Origin: Macrostomum lignano
Lineage: Eukaryota
Direction of reading: 5' to 3'
Assembly (NCBI GenBank): GCA_002269645.1
Contig: NIVC01004397.1
Span: forward strand, 1-47,273
Length of the DNA: 47,273 bases
Shown here: in pieces, positions 43,916 to 47,273 of the stretch
Layout: the number at the start of each line of letters is the position of its first letter
Position numbering within the stretch: the stretch's first letter is position 1
Made by a program: the position numbers and the translations under genes
The notes under the pieces: model-generated
Seen by the model: the letters and a program-made list of their open reading frames with translations, nothing else
Databases searched by the model: none
What the model was told of the DNA's origin: nothing

Positions 43916-45146
43916 AAGCTCTTCACACGGCACTAAAAGGCAATGGAAAGAGGCTTGGTACTCCATCGATCTAGAAGCCAAGGGATCAATCAACGCGGAA
44001 GATTTGGCGGTCTATATGCGCAAGAATAACTACGAAGAAGCGTTTGTGAAGGTGCGGTGCAACTATAATGAGACGTGAAATTGCATTTTTGAAGTATTCA
44101 ATACTAAGCACTTGGTCTTCTGTTGCTTTACAGAAATGGATGGCCATATTTGATCAGGACAATTCGGGTACTATTGAACTCGAAGAGTACTGCGAAGTTC
44201 TGGGACTCAATGAGAAGGAAATGTGCGTTAAAAGATTGTGACCTCGAGGCTTTTTGAGCTAATTCTCTTTTTGTCTTGTTTGAGAAACATTTAATGAAAT
44301 TTTAAATATAGATAAACTACATCATCCCGGTCCCGGGAGAGGTTGGTCTCTGACCACGAGATCCCGATTGAGGTTGGTGCCTAACCACAAGGTCCCGATT
44401 GAGGTTGCTGCCTGACCACAAGGTCCCAATTGAGGTTTGTGCCTGACCACAAGGGTGCTCAGTCATGTGATGCCTCGACAATCCACAAAAATCGCTTGAT
44501 GATGTTGCTCATTCAAAAGCCACTCATTGACGTACATTGCTCTGGACAGGAATCGAATAAAAATTAGTTCGGGCTCTATTTAATCGGGATGGTCGTCTGA
44601 ACAAATAAAAATGTTAAAAGTAGAATTTTGCTGGCGCATACATGTATAACGTACATATGATGCTCTCATTACATGTATACTACATTAAATACGCTTATAA
44701 TAACATATAATAAGAACTAGCACGTTGTCGCATTAATTTGGCTATATGAAACAGGATGGAAGAGACTCGTCTTCGAGCCAAGGCAACCGGCATGCCTGAA
44801 GGTGTGGAGTACATTGCTGGCGACATGTCGGAGGAGCGACAGATCGATATTGCCAGGCTCTGCATTGAAGCGTTGGAGAAGCACTCTAGCTTGAAGGTAG
44901 GAAAATGGAAACACACAAGGAAGAAGATTAGATCACACAAAAAACTCTGAAATCGAGAAACTTTCTGCATTGCAGGAAGTCCCAAAGTGGGTGAAGCTCG
45001 AGGCTGACAAGCAATTCGATCGAGTCTGGCACGTGTTAGTTATTCGCGGCCAGTTCTGGTGCTACTTTGGTTTCGAGCCTGAAACCTCGTACGTGTTTAG
45101 GTACAAGAGGAACGTGTTCATCATCTGGAAGACGCCGAGAAATTAG
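43916..45146 (+). CDS. Tegumental allergen-like (TAL) family protein: two EF-hand motifs plus C-terminal dynein light chain-like domain; start codon unresolved
   Basis: Exons about 43916-44051, 44134-44222, 44755-44896 and 44976-45146(TAG), with GT-AG introns and consistent phases 0/2/0. Translation: ...KRQWKEAWYSIDLEAKGSINAEDLAVYMRKNNYEEAFVKKWMAIFDQDNSGTIELEEYCEVLGLNEKEMMEETRLRAKATGMPEGVEYIAGDMSEERQIDIARLCIEALEKHSSLKEVPKWVKLEADKQFDRVWHVLVIRGQFWCYFGFEPETSYVFRYKRNVFIIWKTPRN*. Confidence 0.9.
44325..44455. repeat. 31-bp tandem repeat, about 4 copies, in a TAL intron
   Basis: gaggttggtgcctgaccacaaggtcccgatt repeated. Confidence 0.88.
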
Positions 45147-45903
45147 GTTTAAAGAAAGTTTCTGCCCACATAAAGAAGCTAAAAAACGCACTTATTATTA
45201 TTATCAAATCTTGGAACTACTATTGGTTTTGTTTATTTAGCACCACTTTTGAAGTCAAGTTGGCTAGAAAATTGAGCAAATCTTGATTTTTTCATACTCC
45301 AAACACAGGAGTTTGAAGTTTTAAACTCTCCCTTCGTCATTTTTGTTTTATTGAAAATTCAGTTTAATGCTTGGTTTGATTAGCTCCAAAGGCTAGTCCA
45401 AGGCTTGTGTGAACGTAGTTCACGCACTAGAAAAATAAACGAGCGAACAGAGGAGTGTATTAAGCCACACAAAAGATCTTAGCTGGCATAAAAAGATCTG
45501 GAAAATAACACGCGCAACTATTAACAGTAGGATAGCTGTGACAAGAGTGAATGCTTTATTGCGCTTAGGGTGAAAGTTGATAAGGTCAAAATAGTACATC
45601 TTGGAAACAATATCCACTAGATTTAACAGATATCTCGTAAAAATTAGTCGATAATAATTTAGGAAAGAAGTTTAACTTAGTCTTAAATTTTAATGAACGG
45701 AAGATTTGACAATCTAGTTGTGGACTAGGAATACAGTGGGTTAGTTAAACTATCATTTACCAAAAAAACAACTCGAGCGGATAGGTCGGTCCAAGAACAA
45801 TAAACGATTCGATGGAAGAGAAAAAAGCACCTTTCTTCCAAATCAAAACAATCAGCAAGTGTCAAGAAAAGCTGTCAGTTCCCGATTGAAGCAGATCCTA
45901 AAT

Positions 45904-47193
45904 CTACTGCTCGATCAATTTAGCACCAACGTTACTCTTGAGTAGGGCGCGAGCTCGAGCCCGCAGCGCCTTGCGCTCGGCGAACAGTTTGCTGCGCGAC
46001 TCGATTAGCTGAGCCAGCAATTTGCGCAGAGAAACGACAGACTTGAGACGCAACTGGCTGCGACGTCTAAATTAAATGCATGTAGATTGGGTGATTCTTT
46101 AAAATAGTCTGTTGATACAGCAAAGTGAGTCAAGAAGGAGTTCATGACTACTTCTTAGCTCGTAATAATAGTAATACACTTAGTAAATCAATACCGAATT
46201 ATATTAGAAAGGAATATTATTCTTGCTTAGAATTTAAAACTGATTATAAAAAGAGATTTTAAACAACTAGCTAGCAGTGCTATCAGCTACTGCAACAAAA
46301 AAATAACTAAATTAGAAATAAATAAACATTAAATGATACCCTTATGAAGTTTAAAGGAGTGTGAAAGTTCTGATAAAAGAAATACAATGTTAAAATTTAT
46401 AGAATTATGAGAATAGTTCCATTTTTTATATAAACTGACTTAGTAGAATCTTTTAAAATTGCAAGTAAGTATTAATTTTTTTAAAAAAAAAATCTTTTTA
46501 AAAAATCATAATAAATCCATCACTTTTTTTCTGAAACATAAAATTTATAGTAGATATATCCTTAAAGGCATGCCACGAAAGCCTAAATATATTTATATCA
46601 ACAATACTGATTAGAAAGAAAAAACAAAAATACAAAATATTTAATATCCAGTTTTGCAATACATGTACTGCCATTAGCATTTCAGGCTTTATAAATATCA
46701 GCTAGAAAGCTCACTAAGTCTCTTTGCTAAAAGTGTATTCAGCACTGTCACTTGTTTTCAGATACAGCTAAACTGTAGTGGCTACTTCTGAACAATCTTA
46801 CATGCCTCATCTTATAAATGTTAGGGGAAAGGTTTGAAGGTAACCTACCTACCTTAGAGGGGCAACTTTTCCCATAAAATAAGTGCAAAATCAAGACTAA
46901 AGAGTAGCCGTGTTCTCAGGATTAGGGGAAAAGTCAACCCTGTACTCGACCTAAGAACACACAAAAATATTTAATAAGTTTATTTAATAAGTATACTAAT
47001 GTTCAACAATATATTCGAGAAAATAGTTGCTTATCAAAATGGATCATAAAACGTAACTATATTAAACACTTTTGCTAGTATTAAAAGCTGGTAAATAGCG
47101 CACAACTTACAAAAACTTCTCATAGTACTTGTTGTATGACAGGGCAACGTTAGATTGATAACTTTTTGCTAGTTGCCTCCGCCGCAGCGTCAC
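45904..47193 (-). CDS. Last two coding exons of an unidentified gene (basic, helical/coiled-coil C-terminus)
   Basis: Exon 47193-47111 (cattgtAG...GTAAGT, ends phase 2) joins exon 46066-45904 (atttAG...TAG): VTLRRRQLAKSYQSNVALSYNKYYEKFLRRSQLRLKSVVSLRKLLAQLIESRSKLFAERKALRARARALLKSNVGAKLIEQ*. Both exons are more GC-rich than the AT-rich surroundings. Confidence 0.75.
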
Positions 47194-47273
47194 CTACAAT
47201 GATAATTTGAGAAGACAAGTTCGTTTGTAGAAGTGGTAATGTACTCGTATGTTGTATAATGTAGAAACTTGTA

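Overview
This is intron-rich animal genomic DNA, almost certainly from a flatworm. A platyhelminth-type EF-hand plus dynein-light-chain gene is present, and GC-rich exons set in satellite-filled introns resemble Macrostomum; that genus is an inference, not a result. About 42 kb of the window is one minus-strand gene. I traced 47 GT-AG exons by hand (42563 down to 708, about 16.35 kb CDS, about 5,450 aa, both ends unresolved). It encodes a giant cysteine-rich mosaic extracellular protein: WxxW(mucin) - EGF - VWD - degenerate C8 - TIL - EGFs - 3x C-type lectin - 4x EGF - 7 tandem Caspr/CNTNAP-type fibrinogen-like modules - 3x EGF - VWD - C8 - TIL - about 53 EGF/cbEGF. As assembled, it carries three single-base frameshifts clustered at 27.8-29.2 kb. 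Many of the larger introns contain their own tandem repeat. The introns also hold three antisense LINE 3' tails and two tRNA-derived SINE-like elements. At the right end lie a divergently oriented TAL-like gene (+) and the last two exons of an unidentified coiled-coil gene (-) that the ORF track misses. All calls are from manual reading; no database searches were run.
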